From an uncultured Chloroflexia bacterium (GTDB taxonomy: Bacteria; Chloroflexota; Limnocylindria; QHBO01), in assembly GCA_963814375.1 (NCBI GenBank), contig CAWFCQ010000005.1:1-64000 (forward strand): a DNA stretch of 64,000 nt, in the 5' to 3' direction. The translations under genes and the position numbers were made by a program. Position 1 is the first letter of the stretch; every line of letters starts with the position of its first letter. The notes beneath the pieces are model-generated. The model did no database searches and was not told where the DNA came from. It worked only from the letters and a program-made list of their open reading frames with translations. Below, in pieces: positions 13,601-25,482 of the stretch.

Positions 13601-13768
13601 GTGCGGGAGCTGCGGGCCGGCAGCAGCTACCTCTCGTCGGAAGACCCTCGTGCGCATTTCGGCCTCGGAGACGCGACGGAGGTGAGCGAGCTCGTCGTGC
13701 GCACCCCGGACGGTCGCGAGACTCGATTGACGGATGTCGCCGCCGACCAGATCCTGGTCGTCCCATGA
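10605..13768 (+). CDS. RnfD/UnbU-like membrane domain joined to FG-GAP repeat ASPIC/UnbV (CRTAC1-like) domain, multiple frameshifts
   Basis: N-term RDPR, HLFNPSNFG, FFMITDPKT; C-term repeated D-x-D-G-D-G-x-x-D-L-x-V motifs and GSSYLSSEDPRAHFGLG. Confidence 0.75.
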
Positions 13769-14628
13769 GCGACGCGCGTTTCGCCGACGGTCTTCGCTAT
13801 CGGATCGAGATCCCGTCCGTCGAGGGCCCGGTGGTGATGCGCGCCGTGCTCGAGGAGGCGGCCGCGCGCGATGTGCCGGTGCGGCGGATCTCGCAGGGCT
13901 CCGGTGTGATGATGCTCACCGACGTCGAGCTCGACGAGCTGGCACAGCTGGGCTCGGCGCACGGTGTCGAGGTCTCGCTCTTTCTCGGGCCACGTGGCGC
14001 CTGGGACACGGGCGGCCAGTCGCTCGCCGCAGCAGCAGTCGCAGGTGTTGCTCGCGGCAGCGAAGGCATCGAGCAATGCGTCGCCGAGGTGCGCCGCGGT
14101 CTCTTGCATGGGATCCGCTCCTACCTCGTTGCGGACATCGGGGTGCTTGCGACGCTCGGCCGCATGCGTGCCTCGGGCGACCTGCCGCCCGACCTGGTGC
14201 TCAAGACCTCGGTGCTGCTGCCGTGCGCGAACCCGGAGACCGCCAGCGCCCTCGAGGCGCTCGGCGCGACGACGATCAACGTCTCCACCGACCTCTCGGT
14301 GAGCGGGCTCGGAGAGTTGCGCGGCGCCTGCACAGCGCCGCTCGACGTCTATGTAGAGGTTCCCGACGATCAGGGCGGCTTCGTCCGGTTCTACGAGGTG
14401 CCCGACATGATCCGCGCCGCCTCGCCGGTCTACGTGAAGCTCGGCCTGCGCAACGCCCCGAACATCTATCCGGCAGGGCTCCACCTGCTCGATCTCGCGG
14501 TCAAGCTCGGGCGCGAGCGTGTCAGGCGTGCCGAGCTGGTGCTGCGGCTGCTCCGCGAGCGTGCTCCGGAACTGGTCGAGGGTCGCGGCGAGGACACACC
14601 GGCCGACCTCGCAATACCGAGACCCTAG
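13765..14628 (+). CDS. U32-like TIM-barrel protein of unknown function
   Basis: YRIEIPSVEGP, RISQGSG, YLVADIG, PLDVYVEVPD, YVKLGLRNAPNIYP; resembles proteins annotated as U32-like (from recall). Confidence 0.6.
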   Translation: MSDARFADGLRYRIEIPSVEGPVVMRAVLEEAAARDVPVRRISQGSGVMMLTDVELDELAQLGSAHGVEVSLFLGPRGAWDTGGQSLAAAAVAGVARGSEGIEQCVAEVRRGLLHGIRSYLVADIGVLATLGRMRASGDLPPDLVLKTSVLLPCANPETASALEALGATTINVSTDLSVSGLGELRGACTAPLDVYVEVPDDQGGFVRFYEVPDMIRAASPVYVKLGLRNAPNIYPAGLHLLDLAVKLGRERVRRAELVLRLLRERAPELVEGRGEDTPADLAIPRP

Positions 14629-14635
14629 GACATCC

Positions 14636-15274
14636 GTGCAGGAGCGATTCACCCACATCTACACAGCCGCGCTGGCAGACGTGCTCGACGGCCACGGCTA
14701 TCGCAAGCAGACCCTCCCGCCCGAGATCAGCTCTCTGGCACCCGGGATGCGTCTCGCCGGCCAGGCGTTCACCGTCGAAGGCCGGCCCGTGGACACCCAG
14801 GACTGGGACGAGGCGATCCGCAAGACCCTCGCCATGCTCGGCAGTGTCCCGGCGGGTCACGTCGCCGTGTACCAATGCCACCACGACGTCTCGGCGCATT
14901 TCGGCGAGCTGTCCGCCACCTCGCTGCTGTCCCGCGGCGTCGCGGGCTGCGTGATCGACGGTGGCTGCCGCGACGTGCGGTTCATCCTCGACGAGGACTT
15001 CCCGGTGTTCGCCCGCTACGCGACCCCCGAGGACTCGACGTGGCGCTGGCAGGTGAGCGCGACCCAGGTGCCGGTCACGATCGGCCAGGTGCGGATCGAG
15101 CCCGGTGACTGGGTCGTGGGCGACGACGACGGCGTCGTGGTCGTGCCTCGAGACGTCGCAGAATCGGTGCTGGCCGAAGCCGAGGCGAAAGCGGCAACCG
15201 AGAACGCGATCCGCGACGCCGTGCGCGGCGGGATGCCGCCGCTCGAGGCGTACGAGCGCTTCGGGACGTTCTAG
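14636..15274 (+). CDS. RraA/HMG-CHA aldolase family protein
   Basis: HFGEL, VIDGGCRD, PGDWVVGDDDGVVVVP. Confidence 0.88.
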   Translation: MQERFTHIYTAALADVLDGHGYRKQTLPPEISSLAPGMRLAGQAFTVEGRPVDTQDWDEAIRKTLAMLGSVPAGHVAVYQCHHDVSAHFGELSATSLLSRGVAGCVIDGGCRDVRFILDEDFPVFARYATPEDSTWRWQVSATQVPVTIGQVRIEPGDWVVGDDDGVVVVPRDVAESVLAEAEAKAATENAIRDAVRGGMPPLEAYERFGTF

Positions 15275-15306
15275 CAGCGGAAAAGAGAGCGCAAGCCGCT
15301 GCCTCT

Positions 15307-16023
15307 CTACCAGGACGGCTCGCGTGCACCCGCGACCGTCTCGAGCACGGACTCGATCAGGCGCCCCGACGAGAGCACGTGCTCGCGCGCCATCACCCGA
15401 GCCGACGCAGCACTCCCTGCGGCGATCGCCTCACGGATGGCGCGATGCTGCAGGTCGTTCTTCGCGTACAGCTCGTCCAGCTCGGCGCGCGCGCTCCACA
15501 CCTTGTCGCCGATGAAGGTACGGCGTGCCCCTTTCGCGAGCCGCTCGACGAGCGGCATCGCCGCCACGCGGTAGATCACGTCATGGAAGGCGTAGTTGGC
15601 CTGCATCCAGTCCACGAACAACGCGGCGTCGCGGACCTCGCCGCCCCGCGCTTGCTCGCGCAGCTCGAGGGTGAGCGCCGCGAACGCCTGCTCGGCAGCG
15701 TCGAGCGCGGCCAGGTCGGCCAGTGTCATCAGCGGCGTCGCCACCTCGGTTGCGAGCGCCTCCAACTCGGCGCGGATGAGGAATGCCTCGCGCAGCTCGC
15801 CCGGCGAGATCGAGCGGACGCGAACACCGCGGTTCGGCTCGAACGACACCAGGCCGAGCGCCGCAAGCCGGCGGAGCGCCTCGCGCACCGGTGTGCGGCT
15901 GACGTCGAAGCGCTCCGAGAGCTGCTCCTGGCGGAGAACGGTGCCGGGCGGGACGACACCGCCCACGATCTCGTCCTCGAGCACACGGGCGATGTCGTCA
16001 GCCTTGGTCGACGTGAGCTGCAT
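15307..16023 (-). CDS. GntR family regulator (FadR/FCD type)
   Basis: LSERFDVSRTPVREALRRL HTH; C-terminal N-x-x-FH..QHRAIREAI..HV. Confidence 0.93.
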   Translation of the reverse strand: MQLTSTKADDIARVLEDEIVGGVVPPGTVLRQEQLSERFDVSRTPVREALRRLAALGLVSFEPNRGVRVRSISPGELREAFLIRAELEALATEVATPLMTLADLAALDAAEQAFAALTLELREQARGGEVRDAALFVDWMQANYAFHDVIYRVAAMPLVERLAKGARRTFIGDKVWSARAELDELYAKNDLQHRAIREAIAAGSAASARVMAREHVLSSGRLIESVLETVAGAREPSW

Positions 16024-16065
16024 CGAGCACGAGTGTAGAGCGTCCAGAAACATCCTATCGACAGC

Positions 16066-16152
16066 ATCTTGGATCCCAAATAGCGATAAATACGTAGTTG
16101 CGGTCGGTGAAAGCACCATCTAGGATCCAAAAGCCACAATCTTGGATCCCAA
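16066..16152. promoter_or_regulatory. Three putative GntR operator boxes in the divergent gntR-aceA promoter
   Basis: ATCTTGGATCCCAA at 16066-16079 and 16139-16152, variant ATCTAGGATCCAAA at 16118-16131; quasi-palindromic, in an AT-richer intergenic region. Confidence 0.75.
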
Positions 16153-16173
16153 CTGTGAGAGGAGCCCGACGCA

Positions 16174-17422
<1,249 letters not shown>

Positions 17423-17444
17423 GCACGACAACGACGGCTGCAAT

Positions 17445-17633
17445 GCCGCAGCACAGGCCGGTCCCCCACTTCAAGACATGGGGCTTCGTCGGTCAACACA
17501 CGCTCGAGCGGTGCGAGGACCCCGGCTCGAGGACTTTCTGGGCGAGTGCGTCGCCGCGCGTCTCGTTCACCGTGACGGCCCGTACTACCTGGCCCTGGCG
17601 TTACCGACGCCAGGCAGCGCTGCGCCGGCCTGA
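17445..17633 (+). CDS. C-terminal fragment of probable RiPP-maturation radical SAM methyltransferase
   Basis: Ends ...[27 protein letters not shown], resembling the C-terminus of TIGR03975-type proteins (from recall); 5' end lost at junction. Confidence 0.45.
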   Translation, partial: AAAQAGPPLQDMGLRRSTHARAVRGPRLEDFLGECVAARLVHRDGPYYLALALPTPGSAAPA

Positions 17634-17673
17634 CGGCCGTCGGGCTTACCCCGGCCGCACGCCCCGCAACGGA

Positions 17674-18060
17674 TCAGCGAGGCGCGGTGACGGTCAGATC
17701 GAGCAGGCGCGCCGCGGCCGCCATGCGGCGGTCATACGTCACGATCGCGGTGAGCTCATCACCGAACAGCTGCGCCGCCGCCAGGTGGATAGCATCGAGG
17801 CTTCGCAGCACGCGGGGGTCGATGATCGACGCGGAATCGAGAAGCTCATCGTCGATCTGCACGAGATTCAGCCTCTGCAAGAGGCGTCGCGCCCGCGTGA
17901 GCGTCGCCGGCCCGTGGCCACGGACGGCACGAAGGACTTCGACTCGCGCCAGAGCGCAGGAAGCCCGCGTCGGTTCGTCGGCCAGGTACCGGCGGAGCGC
18001 CGCGGACTCCGCCTCAGCGACGACGAGCTTCACCAGCGCCGACGAATCGAGGTAAACCAG
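17674..18060 (-). CDS. vapC: VapC PIN-domain toxin
   Basis: [31 protein letters not shown]; start codon uncertain. Confidence 0.92.
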   Translation of the reverse strand: MVYLDSSALVKLVVAEAESAALRRYLADEPTRASCALARVEVLRAVRGHGPATLTRARRLLQRLNLVQIDDELLDSASIIDPRVLRSLDAIHLAAAQLFGDELTAIVTYDRRMAAAARLLDLTVTAPR

Positions 18061-18063
18061 AGG

Positions 18064-18339
18064 CTATCGCTCCCGGGACCGGGCGCGGGTCAGGACGGTG
18101 CTCGGGCGAGGTCGACCGGCCACGGGGGCCAGCGGCGCACCGAGGTCGAGCAGATCTCCGGTCGGCGCGATGACGCGCCCGCGCCGCACGAGGCGCTCGA
18201 CATGCCCGGTGCCACGCACGGGAACCAGCAGGGCGATCGGGCGACCTCTCGCCGTGATTTCCACGGAGCGCCCGCCCTCGACGAGTCGCAGGTATTCAGT
18301 GGCGCGCTGCCTGAGCTCTCGCACGCCGATTGATTTCAT
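18064..18339 (-). CDS. Phd/YefM family antitoxin
   Basis: [40 protein letters not shown], directly upstream of vapC. Confidence 0.9.
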   Translation of the reverse strand: MKSIGVRELRQRATEYLRLVEGGRSVEITARGRPIALLVPVRGTGHVERLVRRGRVIAPTGDLLDLGAPLAPVAGRPRPSTVLTRARSRER

Positions 18340-18358
18340 GGTGCTACATTGTAGCACC
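18340..18358. promoter_or_regulatory. Toxin-antitoxin autoregulatory operator
   Basis: Perfect inverted repeat GGTGCTACA-T-TGTAGCACC abutting the antitoxin start. Confidence 0.75.
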
Positions 18359-18395
18359 TGAGATCGGAAGGACGCTCACCGGCGTGAACGCCCGG

Positions 18396-20342
18396 TCAGG
18401 CGACGGCCACGCGCGCGCCGCGCGAGGCGCTGAGCCGACCGGTCGGCGTGCGCGCGCGCACCGCCGTCAGGTACGCGGTGGCGAACTCCCGCAGGCCGCC
18501 GGCCGCCACCAGCGCGGGCGCCGGTCGAAACGTCACGCGCGTGCGGCGGCGCGGCACGGCCGGGCCGTTCTCCTCCGCGGGGAGCCGCCGCCAGGCGGCG
18601 ATGTCGTGGGCGAGGACGCCGCGGCGCGGGGCGGCGTCGCCGAACGTCGGCGTCACCAGGCGCTGGAACCGCACCGCGTCGGCCAGCAGCGCCGCGTCGG
18701 CGTCGCGGAAGTCCGTCGCGACGACCGCCGCCACCTCGGCGAAGAACGCCTCGCCCGCGGCCAGCGCCGTCACCACCACCGCTTCCTCCACCGCCCAGGG
18801 GTGATCGCCCGTCTCCGGGAGCGGCAGCGCCATCGCCTCGCCGGCCAGCACCGCGTCGGCGTGACGCTCCAGCACGGCGTGGATGCGACCGAGCGCGCTC
18901 GACGGAGACGCTGCGGCCATCCGGGCGAGCAGCGCCTCGACTACCCGGCGCACGGGCACGCCGGCCGCACGCCAGGCCACCTGGAGGAACACGTCGAGCA
19001 GGCGGAGGCTGTGCAAGGCGGTCAGCAGATAGCCGAACGCGAACGCGCGGCGCCAGTCGGCCACGGGCATCCGCCGCGTGGCGACCACGACCTCTTCCAG
19101 CTCGGCGACCGCGGGCGGCCGGGTCGGATGCATGGGCACCCACCGGGTCTCGATCGCGTGGCGGACCGCTCCGCGGCCGAGCCCATCTCGGCGTTCTCGA
19201 GCACCCGCGCCAGATAGAGGGTGAACGTATCGAGCGCGAACGGCGTCACCGCGCGCGCCACGCTGTCCGCGAACGACTCGTACGTCTGCTCGGGCAGCCC
19301 GAGGATCAGCTCGTTGAAGGTCGGGATGCCGCGCTCGTGACAGATCCGGCGCAGCGCGAGCGCCCGGTCGAGCCGGATGTTCTCGCGCCGGACCGCCTGG
19401 AGCACGCGCGGCTCGAAGTCCTGGGCCGACAGGGCGAGGTGCGTCCCGATGCCCGCCTCGCGCAGCGCCAGCACGACCTCGAGATGGCGCTCGGTCGCGT
19501 TCTTCGTCAGGTGGAAGAACACGTAGCGCGGGCAGCCGACAGCCGCCCGCAGTCGCCCGATCTCGCGGACGATGTCCAGGTCGCGCCGGCGCATGCCGTA
19601 GTTGGCGTCGACGATGTAGAGGTACGGGATCTGCCGCCGCGCGATCCAGTCGAGCTCGCCGTGCAGGCGCTCCAGCGGCAGCTCGCGCACCTGGCTCTGC
19701 ACGGCCTGGCCCCAGTCGCAGAACGTGCAGGCGAACGGGCATCCCCGGTTGGTCTCGACGATGGCGGCGGGGGGCGGGGCGTCCGCCGTCACGAGGCCGT
19801 CGAACGTGCCGTCGAGGTAGGGCGAGGCCGTCTCGGCGAAGTCGGCCATGCGTGCGCGGGGCGCGGTGAGCAGCGCGCCCTCGGGCAGCGCGGTCGCGCG
19901 GAGGGCGAGACCGGCGACGCCGTCGAGCGGCCGTGCCTCGAGGAGCGCGCGGAGCACCTCGCGGAAGAGCAGCTCGCCCTCGCCGAACGCGAGCGCGTCG
20001 ACGTACGGGTGCTCGCGCAGGAAGCGAGCCGCGCGGTCGGGCCGCCGGGGCACCGACGGGCCACCGAAGAGCACAAAGGCGCCGGGCCGGCGCGCCCGCG
20101 CGCGCCGGGCGACCTCGAGCGAGAGACGCTCGTTCCACGCGTACGCCGAGAACGCGAGGACGTCGGGCGGGTGGTGACTCGCCACCACCGCGTCGGGATC
20201 GAGCCGCGCGGTGTGGATGGACAGGGAGGCCGCGCGGCCGATCGCCGGATCTCGCCGCGCAGACGCCACCAGAAGGCCCGCCGCCAGCGGCAATGCCGGG
20301 ATCGTCGAGATGCCGTCGAGCTGGTGAGACGACGACGTTCAT
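18396..20342 (-). CDS. Cobalamin-dependent radical SAM protein, frameshifts near 20310 and 19165
   Basis: B12-binding AFSAYAWN..LFGGPSV, GEGE; ETNRGCPFACTFCDWG (CxxxCxxC); ELILGLPEQT. Confidence 0.9.
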   Translation of the reverse strand: MNVVVSPARRHLDDPGIAAGGGPSGGVCAARSGDRPRGLPVHPHRAARSRRGGGESPPARRPRVLGVRVERASLARGRPARAGAPARRLCALRWPVGAPAARPRGSLPARAPVRRRARVRRGRAALPRGAPRAPRGTAARRRRRSRPPRDRAARGRAAHRAPRTHGRLRRDGLALPRRHVRRPRDGGRPAPRRHRRDQPGMPVRLHVLRLGPGRAEPGARAAAGAPARRARLDRAAADPVPLHRRRQLRHAPARPGHRPRDRATAGGCRLPALRVLPPDEERDRAPSRGRAGAARGGHRDAPRPVGPGLRAARAPGGPAREHPARPGARAAPDLSRARHPDLQRADPRAARADVRVVRGQRGARGDAVRARYVHPLSGAGARERRDGLGRGAVRHAIETRWVPMHPTRPPAVAELEEVVVATRRMPVADWRRAFAFGYLLTALHSLRLLDVFLQVAWRAAGVPVRRVVEALLARMAAASPSSALGRIHAVLERHADAVLAGEAMALPLPETGDHPWAVEEAVVVTALAAGEAFFAEVAAVVATDFRDADAALLADAVRFQRLVTPTFGDAAPRRGVLAHDIAAWRRLPAEENGPAVPRRRTRVTFRPAPALVAAGGLREFATAYLTAVRARTPTGRLSASRGARVAVA

Positions 20343-21128
20343 CGCCGCCCGCCTCGCGACCCTCGCGCCGCCGGGCGATACCGGCACGTGGCAGACAGCC
20401 GCAGCGCGCGACCGCTCACGTTCGGCAGGGCTCGGTGCACGGTGAGCCAGCCGAAAAGGATCACGTCGCCGGGCTCGAGGTCCGACGCGGCCCAGTCCGC
20501 ATCGTCGGCGACGTCCACGCGCGTGGCGCCACGCGGCTTCGCCGGCATGTGGCAGGAGTCCACGCTCGTGCGAGCCGGGCAGGACGGCGAGCGGGCCGAG
20601 GGCGAGTGGGCAAGCGGTCAGCGGCACCCACATCGACCATCGCGGCGGACCGGCGGAAAGGTAGAAGCGATCCTGGTGCGCCACGGTCGTGTGGTCCGGA
20701 TCGTCGCTCGACACGACCCGGCAGAGATCGCCGGCATCCGACTCGGGCGGCGCGCCGAGGATCGCGGTGAGCACGGCCAGCACGGGCGGCGCAGCGCGCA
20801 CTGCGGTGAACGACGGGTGGGGCAGCACGGCCTGGAGGAACGCGATCCACCGAGGATCGTCGTAGGCGCCGAGCCGGACGCCGGCGATCGCGAGCGCAGC
20901 ACCGGGCGGCGCATCGGGGTCGAGCCAGCCGAGGTTCTCTGCCACCGCCAGCGCGTGGGCGCGCAGGGCATCGATGCGATCGCGCGGCACCAGCCCCCGG
21001 CAGAAGACGTACCCCTCACGCTCGGCGTGCCGGCGGATGGCGTGCGATCCCACACCCGGATCCGAGACGCGCAAGGGCGTCGGTGAACGCAACTCCGGCT
21101 TCCTCGTCGTGCGCGTGCCGCCGGCCAT
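20339..21128 (-). CDS. PhyH-family Fe(II)/2-oxoglutarate dioxygenase, frameshift near 20525
   Basis: HQD facial-triad motif, WVPL, LAVLPGSH, PGDVILF..TVHRALPN..R. Confidence 0.87.
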
Positions 21129-21282
21129 CGCCGTCACTCCTGACCGTCGTCCGTCGCGCCTCGCATTGCAGAGCAAGCGTACGGTGGTCGTCGGCCCGAA
21201 CGCCACCCCCACGGACGGCATGGCGGGCCGCTCCCCTGGCCCGGATCACCGGTTCGCCGTCCGCGTCTGGTACGCTGCAGCG

Positions 21283-22072
21283 GTGAGCGCGCTCTCGGCC
21301 TACTTCGTGCCCGATGGCGAGCGCTTCGTCGCCACCGAGTCGACGCGGGGCCCGTGGAGTCGCGAGCACCAGCACGGCGGCCCGCCCGCCGCGCTCCTCG
21401 TCCGCGCGATGGAACGGCTCGCCGGTGAGGCGGCCCTCCTGACGCGGATGACCTTCGACTTCCTCCGTCCGGTCCCGATCGCCCCGCTTGACGGTCCACG
21501 TCGAGGTGACGCGCGCGGGGGCACAGGTCCGCCGACTGCAGGGCGTGCTCAGCACCGCGGAGGGCACGGTAGTGCTCCAGGCCTCGGCCCTCGCCCTGCG
21601 CACCGCACCGGTCTTGCCGGAGTCGATCGACGACGGGGCTGCCGCCCCCGATCCGCCGGAATCGGCCGCGCCCTTTCAGTTCCCGTTCTTCCGTGACCCC
21701 ATCGCGTATCACACCTCGGTGGAAACGCGTCTCGTCCGGGGCACGTGGGGCAAGGGACCGGTGATGGCGTGGATGCGGCCGCGCGTCGCGCTGGTGGAGG
21801 GTGAGACCCCGTCGCCGCTGCAACGTCTGCTGGTGGTGGCCGATTCCGCGAGCGGGTTGGCCGTGGTGCTCGAGCCCGACCGGTACACCTTCATCAACGC
21901 CGACCTCACCGTGGTCGTCCACCGCGCCCCCGAGGGCGACTGGGTGGGGATCGACGCCGCCACGGTGGCCGAGGCCCACGGCGTCGGCCTGACCCGGGCG
22001 CGCCTGTGGGATGCGCAGGGCACGATCGGCGTCTCGCTGCAGAGTTGTCTGCTCGGACTGCGGGCGAGGTGA
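21283..22072 (+). CDS. TesB-like double-hotdog thioesterase, frameshift near 21485
   Basis: TRGPWSREHQHGGPPAALL, VADSASG, FINADLTV. Confidence 0.88.
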
Positions 22073-22128
22073 CGCCGCAGCGCCACGTTGACCCCGACAC
22101 CGCGACGGGCTACGTTTACCGGGCCTAG

Positions 22129-23015
22129 ATGCCCGACCCCTCGTTCGTCTTCGCCCAGTCCCTGAGCGGCCTGACGGCCGCGATGTTCCTGTTCCTCATC
22201 GCCTCCGGCCTGTCGCTGATCTTCGGCGTGCTGCGCGTGCTGAACTTCGCCCACGGCACGTTCTACATGCTGGGCGCCTACTGCGCGTACCAGTTCGTGC
22301 AATGGCTCGGCGTCGGGCGGCGGCAAGTTCTGGCTGGCTGCGCTGGGCGCCGCGGTGGCCATCGCCGCGCTCGGCGGCATCGTCGAGCGGCTGCTGTTCC
22401 GCCATCTCTACGGCAAGGAGGAGCTCTACCAGCTGCTGTTCACCTACGCGCTGGTGCTGATCCTGAGCGACGGGGCCAAGATGATCTGGGGCACGCAGCA
22501 GAAGTCGGTGAGCCGGCCGCCCGGCGCTGACCGGCGCGACCACGCTCTTCGGCGCCACCATCCCGCACTACAACCTGTTCATCCTGCTGCTGGGCCCGGC
22601 CATCGCCCTGGCCGTGTGGTTCGTGCTGCAGCGCACGCGGGTGGGACGATTCATCCGGGCCGCCGCGCTCGATCGCGAGACGCTGGGGGCGCTCGGCGTC
22701 AACGTCAACGCGCTCTACACGTGGGTGTTCGTGATCGCCTCGTTCCTGGGCGGCCTGGGCGGCGCGCTCATCAGCCCCATGCGCGCCACCACGCCCGGCA
22801 TGGACACCGAGATCATCGTGGAGGCCTTCGTGGTCGTGGTCATCGGCGGGCTGGGCTCGTTCTGGGGAACGTTCCTGGGCGCCCTGATCTACGGCCAGGT
22901 GCTGTCGTTTGGCATCCTGTTCTTCCCCCGGTTCTCGATCTTCGCGGTCTTCGCCCTCATGGCCGGGGTGCTGATCATCCGGCCCTGGGGCCTGCTCGGG
23001 CGGCCGCTCAAGTGA
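22129..23015 (+). CDS. livH: Branched-chain amino acid ABC permease, frameshifted
   Basis: [35 protein letters not shown]. Confidence 0.9.
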
Positions 23016-23988
23016 TGGCCGCACTCGCACGCGTGCCCTGGGGCCTCGTCATCTTGGCGCTGGCGTTCTTCGTCCCCGCGGTCGGCTCGCGCTTCTACGT
23101 GTTCCTGGCCAACGACATCGTGATCTGGGCGCTGTTCGCCACCAGCCTCAACTTGCTGGTCGGCGTCACCGGCCTGGTGTCCTTCGGCCACGCCGCCTAC
23201 TTCGGCATCGGCGCCTACACCACCGGGCTGCTCATGAAGAAGCTGGCCGTGCCCTTCCTGCTCGCCTTCCCCGCCGCCGGGCTCCTGGCCGGCGGCTTCG
23301 CGCTGTTCTTCGGCTTCTTCTGCGTGCGGCTCACGCGCATCTACTTCGCGATGCTCACGCTGGCGTTCGCCCAGATCGTGTGGGCCATCTGCTTCAAGTG
23401 GAACGAGGTGACCGGCGGCGAGCAGGGGATGCCGGAGATCCCCTACCCCGACTTCGACCGGATCGCCGCGCTGCCGCTGCGTCGGTGGCTGGCGCACCGC
23501 CGAGTACTTCTACTTCCTCACCCTGATCGCCGTCGCGGTCTGCCTGTGGGTCCTGCGACGGATCGTCGGCTCGCCGTTCGGCCGCATGCTGACCACCATC
23601 CGGGAGAACGCCGAGCGCGCCGAGTTCATCGGCGTCAACGTGCGCCGCTACGAGCTGGCCGCGTTCGTGCTGGCCGGCGCGTTCGCCGGCCTGGCCGGCG
23701 GTCTCTTCGGCATCTTCAACCGCGGCGTCTTCCCCGACTTCGCCTACTGGACCAAGTCCTCCGAGGTCCTGATCATGACGCTGCTGGGCGGCATGGGCAC
23801 GTTCTACGGGCCGGCGCTGGGCGCGCTGGTGCTGATCCTGCTGAACCAGCAGATCACCTCGTACACGGAGTACTGGCCGTTCGTGCTCGGCGTGATCCTC
23901 GTGGTGCTGCTGTTCGTGTTCCCGGGCGGGCTGGCCGGCGCCGTCGCAGGCGGCGGCGCGCCGGCTGGGAGGCGCCCGGCGTGCTTGA
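23015..23988 (+). CDS. livM: Branched-chain amino acid ABC permease, frameshifted
   Basis: SLNLLVGVTGLVSFGHAAYFG, YFAMLTLAF, TGGEQG, LLGGMG. Confidence 0.88.
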
Positions 23989-24720
23989 GGTCCGCGACAT
24001 CCGCAAGAGCTTCGATGGCTTCCTCGCGGTGGGCGGGGTCAGCGTCAAGCGTCGATCGAGGCCGGATCGCCGCCATCATCGGGCCCAACGGGGCGGGCAA
24101 GACCACGTTCTTCAACCTGGTCACCGGTCACCTCAAGCCCGACGCCGGCACCGTGCTGCTCGACGGGCGCGACATCACCGGCCTGGCGCCCCACGACGTC
24201 TGTCGCCTCGGCATGGGCCGCTCGTTCCAGCGCACCAACATCTTCCCCAGGCTCACGGTCCACGAGAACGTCCAGGCGGCCTTCCTCTCGCATCGCGGCC
24301 GGGGGCGCGATCTCTGGAGCCGGGTGGAGCGGCTCTACCGCGAGGAGACGGAGGCGCTGCTGGCCTCCCTGGGCCTGCTCGAGCACGCGAGCGAGACCAG
24401 CGGCTTCCTGTCCCACGGCGCCCAGAAGCAGCTCGAGCTGGGGATCGCGCTGGCCAGCGAGCCCTCGCTGCTGCTCCTGGACGAGCCGACCGCCGGGATG
24501 TCGGCGACCGAGACGCGGGAGACGATCCGGCTGGTCGAGCGGATCGCGCGCGAGCGCGGCCTGACCCTGCTCTTCACCGAGCACGACATGGAGGTGGTGT
24601 TCTCCATCGCCCAGCGGATCACCGTGCTCCATCAGGGCCGTGGTCATCGCGGAGGGCACGCCGGCCGAGGTCCGCGCCGACCCGCAGGTGCGCCGCGTCT
24701 ATCTGGGAGAGCGCCAGTGA
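23981..24720 (+). CDS. livG: Branched-chain amino acid ABC ATPase, frameshifted
   Basis: GPNGAGKTT, RSFQ, LLLDEPTAG, EHDM. Confidence 0.9.
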
Positions 24721-25482
24721 GCGCCGTCGCGCCGCTGCTCGACGTCCGCGAGATCCACACCGCCTATGGGCTGTCGCGCGTGCTCTTCGGCGTCTCGATC
24801 GACGTCCGTGCCGGCGAGTGCGTGTGCCTGCTGGGCCGCAACGGCGTGGGCAAATCCACCACGATGCGCTCGATCATCGGGCTCACGCCGCCGCAGGCGG
24901 GTCGCGTGAGCTGGAAGGGCACCGACATCACGGGCTGGGCGCCCTATCGGGTGGCGCGCGCCGGCATCGGCTTCGTCCCCGAGGATCGCCGGATCTTCGC
25001 CGAGCTGACGGTCTGGGAAAACCTGGACGTCGCCGCAAAACACGACGGAGCCGCGATCTATCTAGAACAGGCCACCCACGCCCGAAGCGAGCAACCACGC
25101 TCCGCTCCAATGGACCACGGAGCGCGTGTTCGATCTCTTCCCCAAGCTGCGAGAGCTGTCCTCGCGCCAGGGCGGGTATCTGTCCGGCGGCGAGCAGCAG
25201 ATGCTCACGATCGCCCGCACGCTCATGGGCAACCCCGAGCTCCTGCTGCTCGACGAGCCGTCGGAGGGGCTGGCGCCGCTGGTCGTGGACCACCTGCGCG
25301 AACAGATCGAGCGTCTCAAGCGCGAGGGCCTCACCATTCTGCTGGCCGAGCAGAACGTGGAGTTCTCGCTGGCGCTGGCCGAACGCGTCTACGTGCTCGA
25401 GAAAGGCTCGATCCGCTTCAGCGGGCCGGCGATCCGCCTGCGCGACGACGAAGCCCTCCGCCACGAGCTCCTCGCGCTGTAG
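24717..25482 (+). CDS. livF: Branched-chain amino acid ABC ATPase, frameshift near 25100
   Basis: GRNGVGKST, FVPEDRRIF, LSGGEQQML, LDEPSEGLAP, AEQN. Confidence 0.92.

Noticed and set aside
18396-21221. 941-aa PhyH-radical SAM giant ORF
   Set aside because: The middle is out-of-frame nonsense; two separate frameshifted genes with an ATGA-type overlap at 20339-20342
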